From assembly GCA_964550455.1 (NCBI GenBank), contig CAZJZG010000005.1:15008-79007 (forward strand): a stretch of DNA of 64,000 nt, given 5' to 3'. Each line of letters opens with the position of its first letter. Position 1 is the first letter of the stretch. This document shows positions 50,100-61,002 of the stretch, piece by piece. This DNA comes from an uncultured Bacteroidales bacterium. GTDB lineage: Bacteria; Bacteroidota; Bacteroidia; Bacteroidales; JAAYJT01. The notes beneath the pieces were generated by a model. The model saw only the letters and a program-made list of their open reading frames with translations, searched no databases and was not told the DNA's origin. The translations under genes were made by a program, and so were the position numbers.

Positions 50100-52124
50100 T
50101 TAGCTGTTCATTGATATCAGAAATTCCTCGTTCGACAAAGTAAATTTCATCTTATCCTTCAAAAATTCCATTGCTTCTATCGGGTTCATATCAGCCAGAT
50201 GGTTTCTGAGAACCCACAGACGCTGGAGGAATTCCTTTCTTACCAGCAATTCTTCTCTTCGTGTACTTGAAGCAACAATATCAATAGCAGGCCAGATACG
50301 CTTGTTAGCAAGTTTACGGTCGAGTTGCAATTCCATATTACCGGTTCCTTTAAATTCCTCAAAAATGACCTCATCCATCTTTGAACCTGTATCAATAAGC
50401 GCTGTTGCAAGTATAGTAAGTGAACCACCGTTTTCAATTTGTCTGGCTGCACCAAAGAATCGCTTTGGTTTCTGAAGGGCATTGGCTTCCACACCTCCTG
50501 AAAGCACTTTGCCGGATGCAGGAGACACTGTGTTGTAAGCACGTGCAAGACGTGTTATTGAATCAAGCAGTATCACAACATCATGACCGCATTCTACCAT
50601 TCTTTTAGCTTTTTCAAGAACTATATTGGCTATACGAACATGTTTTTCTGCCGGTTCATCAAAAGTTGAAGATATCACCTCTGCTTTTACATGGCGTGCC
50701 ATATCGGTTACTTCCTCAGGTCTTTCGTCAATAAGCAGAACTATCATATATACCTCAGGATGATTAGATGCTATGGCATTAGCTATTTCTTGCAGCAGAA
50801 TGGTCTTTCCGGTTTTGGGCTGGGCTACTATTAAACCACGCTGACCTTTACCAATGGGAGTGAACATGTCAATGATGCGGGTTGATATGCTTTCCTGAGC
50901 ATGACCGGTAATTTTGAATTTCTTTTCCGGAAACAAAGGCGTAAGGAAGTCAAAAGGAATACGATCGCGGATTTCGTCAACAGTACGTCCGTTTATTGCT
51001 TCAATTTTTACCAGCGGAAAGTATTTTTCACCATCGCGCGGAGGTCTGATGCTTCCACGGATAGTATCTCCGGTTTTAAGTCCGAAAAGTTTTATTTGCG
51101 ATTGCGATACATAAATATCATCCGGGGAGTTCAGATAATTATAATCCGATGAACGCAAAAAACCGTATCCGTCACTAATCACTTCAAGAACTCCTTCGCT
51201 TGTAACGATGCCTTCAAATTCAGCGAAGTTCTCGTCTCTTTCCCTACGTTTGTCGTGATAACGTTGTTTGTAATCCTTCTGTTGTTGCTCGCGGTAAGGA
51301 CGTTCGGTTTCAACAGGTGCTTCTGCCGGAGGCACAACTTTCTGATCCTGAACCTTTGTATCAGCAGGCTGAACAAGAACTTCTGCCGGATTATCCTGCT
51401 CAGGTATCTTCGGTATTTCAGGTGTGATGAAAAGATCGTCATTATCACCTTCAAGGATTTTAAGCTCTTCAATTACCGGATTAACCACTTCAGTAGCAGC
51501 ATCAGGTTTTGAGTAATGCACTGGTTTCTCCTGAACCTGTTTCTGGAATTCTTTTCGGGGGGGATGGCTGAAATGTTGCTTATTATCCTTATTTAATGCT
51601 TTCGGCTTTTGATTATCAAAGCTTTTGCTCTCAGTTTTTGCTACTTCAGATTCCTTACCTTGAGCTGCTGATTCTTTTGTTTTGTTCTCAACCGTTGGCT
51701 TTGTAATTCTCTTTCTTTTCCGTGGTTGTGCTGTAGATGCTTCTTTTGAACTCTCAGGAGTCTTATCAGCTTGTTTCTCAGAAGGTTTTGTTTCTGGTTT
51801 TGATGGTGCAGCCGGAGCCTGGGTTTGAGTTTTCGGCTTTTGAGCGCTTTTCTCCTCAGCAAGCTTTTCCTGGCTTTGTCTTTTTTCAGCCACAGCTTTA
51901 ACATCGCTGATTACAACGATTCTCTTTCGCTGATTCTTAGCGCGCTGCTCTTCTTTTTTTTCTTTTTTAAGGATATCGGGGGTGGGGTTTATTGCCTGAT
52001 GGTCCAGGATAGTATAGATGAGATCCTGTTTGTTGAGTTTGTCGTACTTAGGGATTTTAAGATCTTTGGCAATTTCTTTTAATTCAGCTACTAATTTGCT
52101 GTTTAGTTTAAGAATATCATACAT
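50100..52124 (-). CDS. rho: transcription termination factor Rho with long N-terminal low-complexity insertion
   Basis: 674 aa. It begins with the Rho_N motif [22 protein letters not shown], followed by a ~250 aa K/E/Q/P-rich insertion. Then come an OB/CSD region [15 protein letters not shown], Walker [16 protein letters not shown], and RecA-like C-terminal motifs. Confidence 0.95.
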   Translation of the reverse strand: MYDILKLNSKLVAELKEIAKDLKIPKYDKLNKQDLIYTILDHQAINPTPDILKKEKKEEQRAKNQRKRIVVISDVKAVAEKRQSQEKLAEEKSAQKPKTQTQAPAAPSKPETKPSEKQADKTPESSKEASTAQPRKRKRITKPTVENKTKESAAQGKESEVAKTESKSFDNQKPKALNKDNKQHFSHPPRKEFQKQVQEKPVHYSKPDAATEVVNPVIEELKILEGDNDDLFITPEIPKIPEQDNPAEVLVQPADTKVQDQKVVPPAEAPVETERPYREQQQKDYKQRYHDKRRERDENFAEFEGIVTSEGVLEVISDGYGFLRSSDYNYLNSPDDIYVSQSQIKLFGLKTGDTIRGSIRPPRDGEKYFPLVKIEAINGRTVDEIRDRIPFDFLTPLFPEKKFKITGHAQESISTRIIDMFTPIGKGQRGLIVAQPKTGKTILLQEIANAIASNHPEVYMIVLLIDERPEEVTDMARHVKAEVISSTFDEPAEKHVRIANIVLEKAKRMVECGHDVVILLDSITRLARAYNTVSPASGKVLSGGVEANALQKPKRFFGAARQIENGGSLTILATALIDTGSKMDEVIFEEFKGTGNMELQLDRKLANKRIWPAIDIVASSTRREELLVRKEFLQRLWVLRNHLADMNPIEAMEFLKDKMKFTLSNEEFLISMNS

Positions 52125-52482
52125 ATTAAAAATGTGTTTGGAGAATTAACCATTAAGGTAATATCTAGCTTAACGGTTAAGCTGTCAGAAAATGTCTTTG
52201 ATTATAATTTTAAGGAAAAAATCAAGATTGAACCTGAAATGGTGGTGCAAAGATAAAAACATTTTTTGAATCACAAATATTTTGATGTCAAATGCAATTT
52301 TATTTTTTAGTAAGGTAATGGTTCAGATAAGTAAGGGTTGTTTTGTAAATTACTGAATACCAGGTGACTGTGATTGGGTTGGGAGCGTTTATAGCCCTTA
52401 ATGAGTAAATGACCGGTTTATGGGTTTCTGAAATGTGTCGGGATATATTATAAAGGAATAAGAATGATTGATTTTCTTATTT

Positions 52483-52779
52483 GGCTAATGCCGGTGGCAA
52501 TTGATTATTAAATCATTATGAATAGGAACGGGCTTCAGCCAGTTTTTAAAATAAAACTACCTCAAATCATGGGCTTTAGCCCAAATTAACAGATGTTAAA
52601 TACCTCGCATATAACAAACTAGTTAGACCTTTTTGGCTAAAGCCAGTTTGTTTTCTCCACTTCCATGCTCCCGCCGGTTAAAGCCGGCGGTAATTGATTA
52701 TTAAATCATTATGAATAGGAACGGGCTTTAGTCCGTTTTTAAAATGCAAATAACCCAAAGCATGGGCTTTAGCCCAAAT
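52483..52779. repeat. composite hairpin-rich interspersed repeat block, copy A
   Basis: Built from modules seen again at 61003-61277 in inverted orientation. These include GGCTAATGCCGGTGGCAATTGATTATTAAATCATTATGAATAGGAACGGGCTT(C/T)AG(C/T)C..TTTTTAAAAT and CATGGGCTTTAGCCCAAAT (each twice). TTGGCTAAAGCCAGTTTGTTTTCTCCACTT and CGCCGGTTAAAGCCGGCGG also occur. Confidence 0.85.
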
Positions 52780-52937
52780 CTGAAGCCAGAGTCAACTGAT
52801 TTTCATTTATATCCTGACTTCAATACACTTTTTGAACCACATGTTCCTGATCCAATGCATATTACAAATTCTGTATTGTTGGATCATGGAATGGCAATCA
52901 AAAAAACACTGCTAAAAAAAGATTTTTTGTCATTAAG

Positions 52938-52967
52938 TTTGCCATATTAAAAAAATGTGTAATTTTG
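52938..52967 (+). promoter_or_regulatory. Bacteroidetes-type promoter of rpmE2 (-33 TTTG, -7 TAATTTTG)
   Basis: TTTG at 52938-52941 and TAATTTTG at 52960-52967 are 18 nt apart, 30 nt upstream of the ATG at 52998. Confidence 0.6.
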
Positions 52968-52997
52968 CACCCTCAAAATCAGATAGTAATATTTATT

Positions 52998-53273
52998 ATG
53001 AAGAAAGACATTCATCCAAAGGAATACAGACTGGTTGTTTTTAAAGATATGTCAAACGATTACGCTTTTTTAAGCAGATCAACAGCTAACTCTAAAGAAA
53101 CTATTGTTTGGGAAGATGGTAAGGAATATCCTCTTGTTAAATTAGAGATTTCTCACACTTCTCATCCTTTTTATACTGGAAAGATGAAACTTGTTGACAC
53201 AGCCGGTCGTCTTGATAAATTCAAGGCAAGATATGAAAAACATCTGGAAAACCGGAACATGCAGAACAAGTAA
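52998..53273 (+). CDS. rpmE2: 50S ribosomal protein L31, type B (no Cys Zn-ribbon)
   Basis: The ORF track starts at 52965 inside the promoter. The ATG at 52998 gives [15 protein letters not shown], the canonical L31 N-terminus. The protein has no cysteines, and HPFYTGK is present. Confidence 0.9.
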   Translation: MKKDIHPKEYRLVVFKDMSNDYAFLSRSTANSKETIVWEDGKEYPLVKLEISHTSHPFYTGKMKLVDTAGRLDKFKARYEKHLENRNMQNK

Positions 53274-53302
53274 AATCAAATGTTCTTAACTGTTTATAAA
53301 AA

Positions 53303-53328
53303 AGCCCTTCAAAAAGAGGGCTTTTTTT
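53303..53328 (+). terminator. rho-independent terminator after rpmE2
   Basis: AGCCCT - tcaaaaag - AGGGCT followed by TTTTTT. Confidence 0.7.
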
Positions 53329-53371
53329 GTACAACCTTTTGTATTTTTGGCGCATCAAAAACCATCTTTTT

Positions 53372-54562
53372 ATGAATTACATACTTTTTGACGACACAAG
53401 GCGTAGTAACCTGCTGCCAATGACTTTTACCAGACCTGTTGCAGATATCAGGGTCGGAATTCTGACACTAAGAGAAAAATGGGAAAAATATCTGGGAGTT
53501 AAAACCTCTTCTCTTACTGAAAAATATCTTGAGAAAAAATTCCCTATCGTTAAGGAATCGGACAACATTCTTATCAATGGTGCAGTTTTCCCAAACCAGG
53601 AGTTGATAAGTGAGATAAACAATCTTAAAGCTAATCAGGCTCTTATCAGAAACGAAACGGTTATAGCAATGCATGTAACTTACGAGGATCTGGAAGGTAG
53701 CGGATCAAAAAGTACAGAAAATACTGATGAGGTACTCACAAAAGCTACTGTTACCGAGATATGCAATCTCTGGGATATCTTTGCATTAAATGATCAGGCA
53801 ATAAAGGATGATTTTGCTCTGATAACCAAAGGAAGAAAATCGCAGGATGTTTCAAAGTTTACTCATCTGGTGAATCCTGAAAACATTTTTATTGAAAATG
53901 ATGCAAAGATAGGTTATGGCGTGATCCTGAATGCCAGCGATGGTCCTGTGTACATTGGCAATAAGGCTGAAGTCATGGAAGGCAGTATGATAAGGGGAAG
54001 TTTTGCTTTATGCGGACATTCAACTGTTAAGATGGGTGCCAAGATCTATGGAGGCACATCTGTAGGACCGCATTCAAAAGTTGGCGGCGAAGTGAGTAAC
54101 TCAGTTATTTTTGGCTATTCTAACAAAGCCCATGATGGTTATTTAGGTAATTCGGTATTGGGCGAATGGTGTAATCTGGGTGCAGATACCAATACTTCGA
54201 ACTTGAAAAACACATACGAGAATGTTCGATTGTGGAATTATCCCGAACAATCTTTTGTTGACACAGGCTTGCAGTTTTGTGGGCTTATTATGGGTGACCA
54301 CTCAAAATCAGGGATAAACACCATGTTTAATACCGGTACAGTCGTTGGAGTAAGCTCCAATATTTTTGGCGGGAATTTTCAGCGCAATTTCATCTCTTCT
54401 TTTGCCTGGGGAGGCTACACCGGTTTCACTACCTATAATATCAATAAAGCGATAAAGGTTGCCGAAGCTGTTTATAAGCGGCGTAATATTGAATTTTCCG
54501 ATATTGACAAGGATATTATGAAACATGTTTTCAATATTACTTTCAAGTATCGCAAACTTTAA
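53372..54562 (+). CDS. putative sugar nucleotidyltransferase with C-terminal left-handed beta-helix (GlmU-like)
   Basis: The ATG at 53372 gives MNYILFDDTRRSNLLPMTFTRPVADIRVGILTL. The C-terminal half is hexapeptide-repeat rich (IGYGVILNASDGPVYIGNKAEVMEGSMIRGS...VGGEVSNSVIFGYSNKAHDGYLGNSVLGEW). Confidence 0.65.
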   Translation: MNYILFDDTRRSNLLPMTFTRPVADIRVGILTLREKWEKYLGVKTSSLTEKYLEKKFPIVKESDNILINGAVFPNQELISEINNLKANQALIRNETVIAMHVTYEDLEGSGSKSTENTDEVLTKATVTEICNLWDIFALNDQAIKDDFALITKGRKSQDVSKFTHLVNPENIFIENDAKIGYGVILNASDGPVYIGNKAEVMEGSMIRGSFALCGHSTVKMGAKIYGGTSVGPHSKVGGEVSNSVIFGYSNKAHDGYLGNSVLGEWCNLGADTNTSNLKNTYENVRLWNYPEQSFVDTGLQFCGLIMGDHSKSGINTMFNTGTVVGVSSNIFGGNFQRNFISSFAWGGYTGFTTYNINKAIKVAEAVYKRRNIEFSDIDKDIMKHVFNITFKYRKL

Positions 54563-54683
54563 TTCTGCCATACTGTTGATATAAAAACTGACATTTACCG
54601 ACAAGAGGTCAGATTATTTGTTTATTTGGCTGTTTATGACATGAAAATATTTCCTGGCCGAATAATTGTAATAAGATTGTATT

Positions 54684-57146
54684 ATGTTTGATCCAAAGAT
54701 AAATCCGAAAATATCATTTATTTCAAAATTGGCTAATGAAGGAGCCGATTTTATCCCTCTGCTCTCAGCAGAGGATGAAGAACAGATGAGGGCAGAAGCT
54801 TTGCCCGAAACTCTACCAATACTGTCGTTACGGAATACCGTACTTTTTCCCGGAGTGGTAATTCCACTCACCGTAGGGCGCGATAAATCAATAAAACTGA
54901 TCAAGGATTTCTATCGCGGAAGCCGTATTATCGGAGTAGTTGCTCAGAAAGATGCAGCAATTGAAGACCCCGTTTTTGATGATCTGTATAAAATAGGTAC
55001 TGTGGCGTATATTATCAAGTTGCTGCAGATGCCCGACGGGAATACAACAGCCATAATCCAGGGACGTAAGCGTTTCAGAATGGAAGCTCTTGTTCAGGAA
55101 GAACCATACATCATTGCGCAGGTGGTTGCTCACGAATCAATGGAGAAATTAAAGATGAACAGGCAGACAAAAGCTCTGATATCATCGCTGAAAGACCTTT
55201 CAATCCAGATAATCAAGCAATCCCCCAATATCCCTTCAGATGCTGCTTTTGCCATTCGCAACATCGAAAGCCCTGTTTTTCTCGTTAATTTCATTTCTTC
55301 GAATCTGGATATTGAAGTGCTTGAGAAACAATCAATACTCGAATCACTTGATTTTGAAGATCGTGTGAGTTGGGTATTTGCAATGCTGAAGAGAGTATTT
55401 CAAGAACTTGAATTGAAAAATCAGATTGAAAGTAGGGTTAAAACCGAAATTGATAAACAACAGCGCGATTATTTACTACACCAACAGTTGAAAACCATTC
55501 AGGAAGAGCTTGGTGGCGCTCCTAATCAACAGGAGATTGCTGAATTGAAGAATAAGGCTGCAGCAAAGAAATGGCCAAAAAACGTTGCCGGGGCTTTTGA
55601 AAAGGAAATAGCCAAGCTTCAGCGTATGAACCCGGCTGCTATGGAATATTCCATGCAGATGAATTATATTGAAGTACTCGTTGATCTGCCATGGGATGAG
55701 TGTACAAAAGATAATTTTGATCTTAAACACGCACAGAAAGTTTTGGATCAGGATCATTACGGATTGGAAAAAGTCAAGGAACGTATTATTGAATATTTGG
55801 CAGTGTTGAAACTGAAAGGTGATATGAAGTCGCCGATAATTTGCCTTGTAGGACCTCCGGGAGTTGGTAAAACCTCATTAGGAAAGTCAGTTGCAAGAGC
55901 CGTTTCAAGAAAATATGTCAGAATGTCATTAGGCGGATTGCGCGATGAAGCAGAAATTCGAGGACACCGTAAAACATATATAGGAGCCATGCCGGGCAGG
56001 ATAATTCAAAGCCTTAAAAAGATTAAAAGCTCTAACCCGGTGTTTGTACTTGACGAAGTTGATAAAGTTATGGGATTGAATATAAACGGAGACCCCGCTG
56101 CAGCTCTTCTTGAAGTACTTGACCCCGAACAGAATCTGGCTTTTCATGATAACTATCTCGATATTGATTACGATTTGTCAAGGGTGATGTTCTTAGCCAC
56201 TGCTAACACCCTTAGCACAATACATCCAGCACTGCGCGACAGAATGGAGGTTATTGAGCTAAGTGGTTATCTGATGGAGGAAAAGGTTGAGATAGCTTTC
56301 AGGCATCTGATACCAAAACAGTTACGTGAGCATGGTTTGGGAAAAGACAAGCTGAAATTCACAAAACCCATAGTTCGTAAGATCATTGAAGATTACAGCA
56401 GGGAAGCAGGAGTAAGGAATCTGGAAAGGCTTATAGCCAAGATCATTCGGAACCGTGCTAAATATATCATTTCCAACGAGCCATACAATGTTCAGCTAAC
56501 CATTGATGATTTGCGTGAGATCCTTGGTCCTGAACAATATCACATTGAAAAAGACCTCATTAATAATAATGTAGGGGTTGCTACAGGTCTGGCATGGACT
56601 TCGGTTGGCGGGCAAATACTGTTTGTGGAAGTAAGCCTTAGCCGTGGCAAAGGTAATCTCACACTTACCGGAAGCCTAGGTGATGTAATGAAGGAGTCTG
56701 CCACTCTGGCTTATGAGTATCTTAAAGCTCATGCCTCACAACTTGGACTTGACGACAGAGCTTTTGAGAAATGGAATGTGCATATTCATATCCCCGAAGG
56801 TGCTACTCCAAAGGATGGTCCTTCAGCAGGTATCACAATATTCACTGCTCTGGCTTCTGCCTATACCCAGCGTTTGATAAAACCACGTATCGCAATGACG
56901 GGCGAGATAACCCTCAGAGGCAGGGTTTTACCGGTTGGAGGAATAAAAGAAAAAATCCTTGCGGCAAAACGTGCCAAAATAAATGATATAATCCTCCCGG
57001 GCGAGAACCGTAAGGATATTGCCGAAATACCATCAAGATATATTGAAGGACTGAATTTTCATTATGTTGACAATATGATTGACGTAATTGATTTTGCCCT
57101 TCTCGACCAACGAGCTGACAATCCTATTGATTTAAACAGGGATTAA
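54684..57146 (+). CDS. lon: ATP-dependent Lon protease
   Basis: 820 aa. It has a LON N-domain, Walker [14 protein letters not shown], Walker B VFVLDEVDK, protease Ser in PKDGPSAGIT, and Lys in GGIKEKILAAKRA. Confidence 0.95.
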   Translation: MFDPKINPKISFISKLANEGADFIPLLSAEDEEQMRAEALPETLPILSLRNTVLFPGVVIPLTVGRDKSIKLIKDFYRGSRIIGVVAQKDAAIEDPVFDDLYKIGTVAYIIKLLQMPDGNTTAIIQGRKRFRMEALVQEEPYIIAQVVAHESMEKLKMNRQTKALISSLKDLSIQIIKQSPNIPSDAAFAIRNIESPVFLVNFISSNLDIEVLEKQSILESLDFEDRVSWVFAMLKRVFQELELKNQIESRVKTEIDKQQRDYLLHQQLKTIQEELGGAPNQQEIAELKNKAAAKKWPKNVAGAFEKEIAKLQRMNPAAMEYSMQMNYIEVLVDLPWDECTKDNFDLKHAQKVLDQDHYGLEKVKERIIEYLAVLKLKGDMKSPIICLVGPPGVGKTSLGKSVARAVSRKYVRMSLGGLRDEAEIRGHRKTYIGAMPGRIIQSLKKIKSSNPVFVLDEVDKVMGLNINGDPAAALLEVLDPEQNLAFHDNYLDIDYDLSRVMFLATANTLSTIHPALRDRMEVIELSGYLMEEKVEIAFRHLIPKQLREHGLGKDKLKFTKPIVRKIIEDYSREAGVRNLERLIAKIIRNRAKYIISNEPYNVQLTIDDLREILGPEQYHIEKDLINNNVGVATGLAWTSVGGQILFVEVSLSRGKGNLTLTGSLGDVMKESATLAYEYLKAHASQLGLDDRAFEKWNVHIHIPEGATPKDGPSAGITIFTALASAYTQRLIKPRIAMTGEITLRGRVLPVGGIKEKILAAKRAKINDIILPGENRKDIAEIPSRYIEGLNFHYVDNMIDVIDFALLDQRADNPIDLNRD

Positions 57147-57167
57147 TGAAAAAAGCTCAGTCTTACT

Positions 57168-57746
57168 ATGAATAAAATTCTGATAATACTCGGTCATCCG
57201 GTAAAAGATACCTTTAGTGATAAATTAACTACAGCATACATTGAAGGAGCTTTAAGCTCAAAAGCTGAAATAAAGAGCCTGAAATTAAATCAGTTAAAGT
57301 TCGACATCAATTTCAGCAGTGGCTACAGAGGCAATCAGGAGCTTGAACCCGATCTGGTAATGGCTCAGGAATTGATAACATGGGCTGACCATCTGGTTTT
57401 CTTTTATCCAAACTGGTGGGCAACATTTCCTGCACTGCTAAAAGGTTTCATTGACAGGACTTTCCTGCCCGGTTTTGCGTTCAGATATACCGGAAAAGGA
57501 CGCGCACATGATAAACTGCTAATGGGAAAAACCGCCAGACTCTTTGTTACCATGGACAACTCGCCTTTTTATTATAGGTGGGTACTCGGCAGACCCGGAC
57601 ATCATGCCATGAAAAAAGCTTTTTTACAGTTTTGTGGGGTCAATCCGGTAAATATTTCAACAATTGGTCCGATCAAAGGCTCAAATGAAAAGAAAAGAGA
57701 AAAATGGCTTAAAAAGGTTAAACGACTGGGAGAGAGGCAGATATAA
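57168..57746 (+). CDS. NAD(P)H dehydrogenase (quinone)/flavodoxin-like fold family protein
   Basis: 192 aa. MNKILIILGHP..., FFYPNWWATFPALLKGFIDR is typical of the Flavodoxin_2 family. Confidence 0.75.
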   Translation: MNKILIILGHPVKDTFSDKLTTAYIEGALSSKAEIKSLKLNQLKFDINFSSGYRGNQELEPDLVMAQELITWADHLVFFYPNWWATFPALLKGFIDRTFLPGFAFRYTGKGRAHDKLLMGKTARLFVTMDNSPFYYRWVLGRPGHHAMKKAFLQFCGVNPVNISTIGPIKGSNEKKREKWLKKVKRLGERQI

Positions 57747-57805
57747 CGATTTTGAGACTTTTATGCTTTAAAAAAATAAAATTATTATTCAGATTTTTAA
57801 GGTGT

Positions 57806-57838
57806 TTTGTTTTTGAAAAGAAAATAGGCGTATATTTG
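57806..57838 (+). promoter_or_regulatory. Bacteroidetes-type promoter of rplS (-33 TTTG, -7 TATATTTG)
   Basis: TTTG at 57806-57809 and TATATTTG at 57831-57838 are 21 nt apart, about 40 nt upstream of the rplS ATG. Confidence 0.65.
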
Positions 57839-57879
57839 CACTCTTTTTTAAAGATCACCTATTTCTAATACTTACTGCA

Positions 57880-58233
57880 ATGAATACGAGAGAAATAATG
57901 AATTTTGTTGATACCATAGTACCCAGGAACGAACTTCCGGAATTTAAGGCTGGCGATACTATTACGGTACATTATAAGATCAGGGAAGGAGATAAAGAAC
58001 GTATCCAGCAATTTCAGGGCGTAGTTTTACAGCGTTCCGGCAGTGGAAGCACTGAAACATTTACCATCCGCAAGGTTTCAGGAAGCATTGGCGTTGAAAG
58101 GATTATTCCCGTTCATTCACCGTTTATTAGTAAGATCGAAGTTAATAAACGCGGTGTGGTTCGTAGGGCACGTATTTTTTATTTGCGAAAAATCAAAGGC
58201 AAGAAAGCCCGTATCAAAGAAAAAAAATATTAG
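57880..58233 (+). CDS. rplS: 50S ribosomal protein L19
   Basis: 117 aa. [33 protein letters not shown] and RRARIFYLR are classic L19 motifs. Confidence 0.95.
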   Translation: MNTREIMNFVDTIVPRNELPEFKAGDTITVHYKIREGDKERIQQFQGVVLQRSGSGSTETFTIRKVSGSIGVERIIPVHSPFISKIEVNKRGVVRRARIFYLRKIKGKKARIKEKKY

Positions 58234-58255
58234 TCTCCGGCTTAAAAAATATAAA

Positions 58256-58281
58256 AGCTCCAACTCAGGGGCTTTTTTTTT
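58256..58281 (+). terminator. rho-independent terminator after rplS
   Basis: AGCTCC - aactca - GGGGCT hairpin (one G-U pair) followed by a run of 9 T. Confidence 0.7.
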
Positions 58282-58344
58282 GACCGGCACTTTCACAAGT
58301 ACTACTGAACTGCGTATTTCCGTTTAGCATAATATAATTTTGGT

Positions 58345-58887
58345 ATGAACGAATCAGATAATATCTTCAGCCCTTCAGTCATTGAGTTGTTCACTGTACT
58401 CAACGAGTATTGCATTTTCATTGAAAAAGCTTCGGATTATACTAAGGACGATGTTCTTGAATATCTGAACCGGATATTGCCGCTTATGTATCTTAAAGGT
58501 ACGCTCGTACCTGCGGTTGAAGTGGAACACCCTGAAGCAAACGAACGTTATGTAACCGAAGAACAATGGCAGGATGTTTTCAATATGCTGAGAGCCAAAT
58601 TTGACAATGAGGATATATTTTATTTTATTGACCCCGGTTCGAACACTTTTGATGAAGAATGGGATATTTACAGCCTTTCAGAAGATCTTGCCGATATTTA
58701 TCAGGACAGTAAGGATTTTGTTTTGCTGTATAGTAAGAATTTACATGCTGCCCGCGAAAATGCTGTACATGAAATTGCAGCGCTTTTCAAATCTCACTGG
58801 GGACACAGAATAAGCCGCAGTCTCAGCCATATTCATTATGTTTTATACCGTTCATATATCGGATCTGACAACTCATACCTGGATTAA
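58345..58887 (+). CDS. conserved hypothetical protein, DUF5063-like
   Basis: 180 aa. VIELFTVLNEYCIFIEKASDYTKDDVLEYLNRILPLMYLKG resembles the DUF5063 N-terminal pattern known from Bacteroides. This assignment is from memory. Confidence 0.55.
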   Translation: MNESDNIFSPSVIELFTVLNEYCIFIEKASDYTKDDVLEYLNRILPLMYLKGTLVPAVEVEHPEANERYVTEEQWQDVFNMLRAKFDNEDIFYFIDPGSNTFDEEWDIYSLSEDLADIYQDSKDFVLLYSKNLHAARENAVHEIAALFKSHWGHRISRSLSHIHYVLYRSYIGSDNSYLD

Positions 58888-58976
58888 ATCCATAAAACAT
58901 TAAAAACAAAACCATTCTTTGGTTTGTTAATCCTCAAAATTCTTAATTTCGCAAACTAACTCAAAGTAAAAATATC

Positions 58977-60368
58977 ATGAATTACGATCTCATTGTTATT
59001 GGTAGTGGACCGGGTGGTTATGTAGCAGCTATCAGGGCTTCACAATTAGGATTAAAAACTGCTGTTGTTGAAAAATCAGAACTGGGCGGGGTATGCCTCA
59101 ACTGGGGTTGCATCCCTACCAAGGCATTGCTGAAAAGCGCACATGTGTTCAATTATATGAAAAGTGCCGGCGATTATGGTATCACTCTGAACCAGGAACC
59201 TGTTGCCGACCTTGAAGCCATTGTGAAAAGAAGCCGTGAAGTTTCGGCAGGTATGAGTAAGGGTATTCAGTACCTGTTCAAAAAGAATAAAATTGAACAT
59301 ATTGCTGGAACCGGTAAAGTTAAACCCGGTAAAACAGTGGAAGTCACTGCTGCTGATGGTTCGAAACAGGAATTCAATGCTGCTCACATCATTCTGGCTA
59401 CCGGTGCACGTAGTCGTGAAATAAAAGGACTTGAGCAGGATGGCAAAAAGGTAATAGGCTACCGTGAGGCTCTGACCCTTACAAAACAACCAAAGTTAAT
59501 GGTGGTAGTTGGTTCGGGCGCTATAGGAGCTGAACTTGCTTATTTTTATAACAGTATAGGCACCAAGATCACCCTCGTTGAGTTTATGCCCAATGTTTTA
59601 CCAATTGAAGATGAAGAAGTTTCGAAACAACTTGCCAGAAATTTCAAGAAAATGGGTATAAAGATAATGACTGATTCAACAGTGGAATCGGTGGATAAAA
59701 CCGGAGATGTCTGCAAGGTTCTGGTTAAAACCAAAAAGGGCAATGAAACGATTGAAGCCGACATTGTTCTTTCAGCAGTGGGGATTGTACCAAATATTGA
59801 AGGAATAGGACTTGAAGAAACAGGTATTGCTGTTGAAAAGGGAAAAATTAAAGTTGACCAGTACTATCGTACCAATGTTGAAGGTTATTACGCCATTGGC
59901 GATATTGTTCCGGGTCCTGCTCTGGCGCATCTGGCATCCCACGAAGGTATTGTCTGCGTTGAGGCTATTGCAGGTAAGAACCCTGAACCGGTTGATTATG
60001 GCAATGTTCCCGGTTGTACATATACCAATCCAGAGGTTGCTTCAGTGGGAATGACAGAGCAAAAAGCACGTGAAGCCGGTTATGAACTCAAAATAGGAAA
60101 GTTCCCTTACTCAGCTTCTGGCAAGGCAAGTGCTTCGGGTAATAAGGATGGCTTTGTAAAACTGATCTTCGATGTCAAATATGGTGAATTGCTGGGCGCT
60201 CACATGATTGGCGAAAATGTTACCGAAATGATCGCTGAACTGGTTATGGCACGCAAGTTAGAAACCACTGCCGAAGAGATAATCAAAGCGATCCATCCTC
60301 ATCCTACCATGTCAGAAGCAGTTATGGAAGCTGCTGCTGCTGCCTACGATGAAGTTATCCATTTGTAA
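58977..60368 (+). CDS. lpdA: dihydrolipoyl dehydrogenase
   Basis: 463 aa. It has FAD motif GSGPGGYVAAIRA, redox-active disulfide GGVCLNWGCIPTK, NAD motif VVGSGAIGAE, and the C-terminal HPHPTMSE. Confidence 0.95.
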   Translation: MNYDLIVIGSGPGGYVAAIRASQLGLKTAVVEKSELGGVCLNWGCIPTKALLKSAHVFNYMKSAGDYGITLNQEPVADLEAIVKRSREVSAGMSKGIQYLFKKNKIEHIAGTGKVKPGKTVEVTAADGSKQEFNAAHIILATGARSREIKGLEQDGKKVIGYREALTLTKQPKLMVVVGSGAIGAELAYFYNSIGTKITLVEFMPNVLPIEDEEVSKQLARNFKKMGIKIMTDSTVESVDKTGDVCKVLVKTKKGNETIEADIVLSAVGIVPNIEGIGLEETGIAVEKGKIKVDQYYRTNVEGYYAIGDIVPGPALAHLASHEGIVCVEAIAGKNPEPVDYGNVPGCTYTNPEVASVGMTEQKAREAGYELKIGKFPYSASGKASASGNKDGFVKLIFDVKYGELLGAHMIGENVTEMIAELVMARKLETTAEEIIKAIHPHPTMSEAVMEAAAAAYDEVIHL

Positions 60369-60445
60369 TTTGTAGCCGGGAAAATAGATCAGACTACCGG
60401 ATATACGCTTTTTAATGATCAGTGAATTTATTTTAAATCTAAGAA

Positions 60446-60988
60446 ATGGAAATTGTAAAAACTGAAATTCCTGATGTGCTGATCATTAAACCTGTTGTTT
60501 TCAGGGATGAACGCGGATATTTTTTTGAGTCATTTCATTCCGAACGCTATCGTGAAGCCGGAATTGACTTTGCTTTTGTTCAGGATAATGAATCTAAATC
60601 ACAAAAAGGAGTACTTCGTGGTTTGCATCTTCAGAAACCTCCCTTTGCTCAGGGAAAGCTTATCAGAGTGGTAAAGGGAGCAGTGCTGGATGTAGTGGTG
60701 GATGTAAGAAGAAACTCCCCTTATTATGGAAAATGGGTTTCAACTATCCTTACCGAAGAAAATAAATGGATGTTCTGGGTTCCTCCGGGCTTTGCCCATG
60801 GGTTCCTAACACTTGAAAACGACACGGTCTTTTTTTATAAATGTACTGCTTTTTATAATAAAGGATCAGAAATGGCTATCCGCTGGAACGACCCTCAGCT
60901 TGCAATAAATTGGGGTATAGAAGATCCGATATTGTCAGAAAAAGACAAAAACTCACCGTTTTTCAGTGAATTCATAAGCCCGTTTTAA
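60446..60988 (+). CDS. rfbC: dTDP-4-dehydrorhamnose 3,5-epimerase
   Basis: 180 aa. VFRDERGYFFESF, RGLHLQ and PPGFAHGF are cupin-type RmlC motifs. Confidence 0.9.
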   Translation: MEIVKTEIPDVLIIKPVVFRDERGYFFESFHSERYREAGIDFAFVQDNESKSQKGVLRGLHLQKPPFAQGKLIRVVKGAVLDVVVDVRRNSPYYGKWVSTILTEENKWMFWVPPGFAHGFLTLENDTVFFYKCTAFYNKGSEMAIRWNDPQLAINWGIEDPILSEKDKNSPFFSEFISPF

Positions 60989-61002
60989 TTCATAATAATG
61001 TG

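Noticed and set aside
52744-52950. 68-aa ORF MQITQSMGFSPNLKPE... upstream of rpmE2
   Set aside because: It starts inside the hairpin repeat module (CATGGGCTTTAGCCCAAAT) and runs into the rpmE2 promoter. It has no supporting features.
47362-53273. Functional link between the znu-type metal uptake operon and the Cys-less type B L31 (rpmE2), as a zinc-sparing regulon
   Set aside because: The genes are separated by rho and not co-oriented. I saw no Zur-box-like palindrome, and a type B L31 is common as the only L31 in Bacteroidetes. This looks like ordinary gene content.
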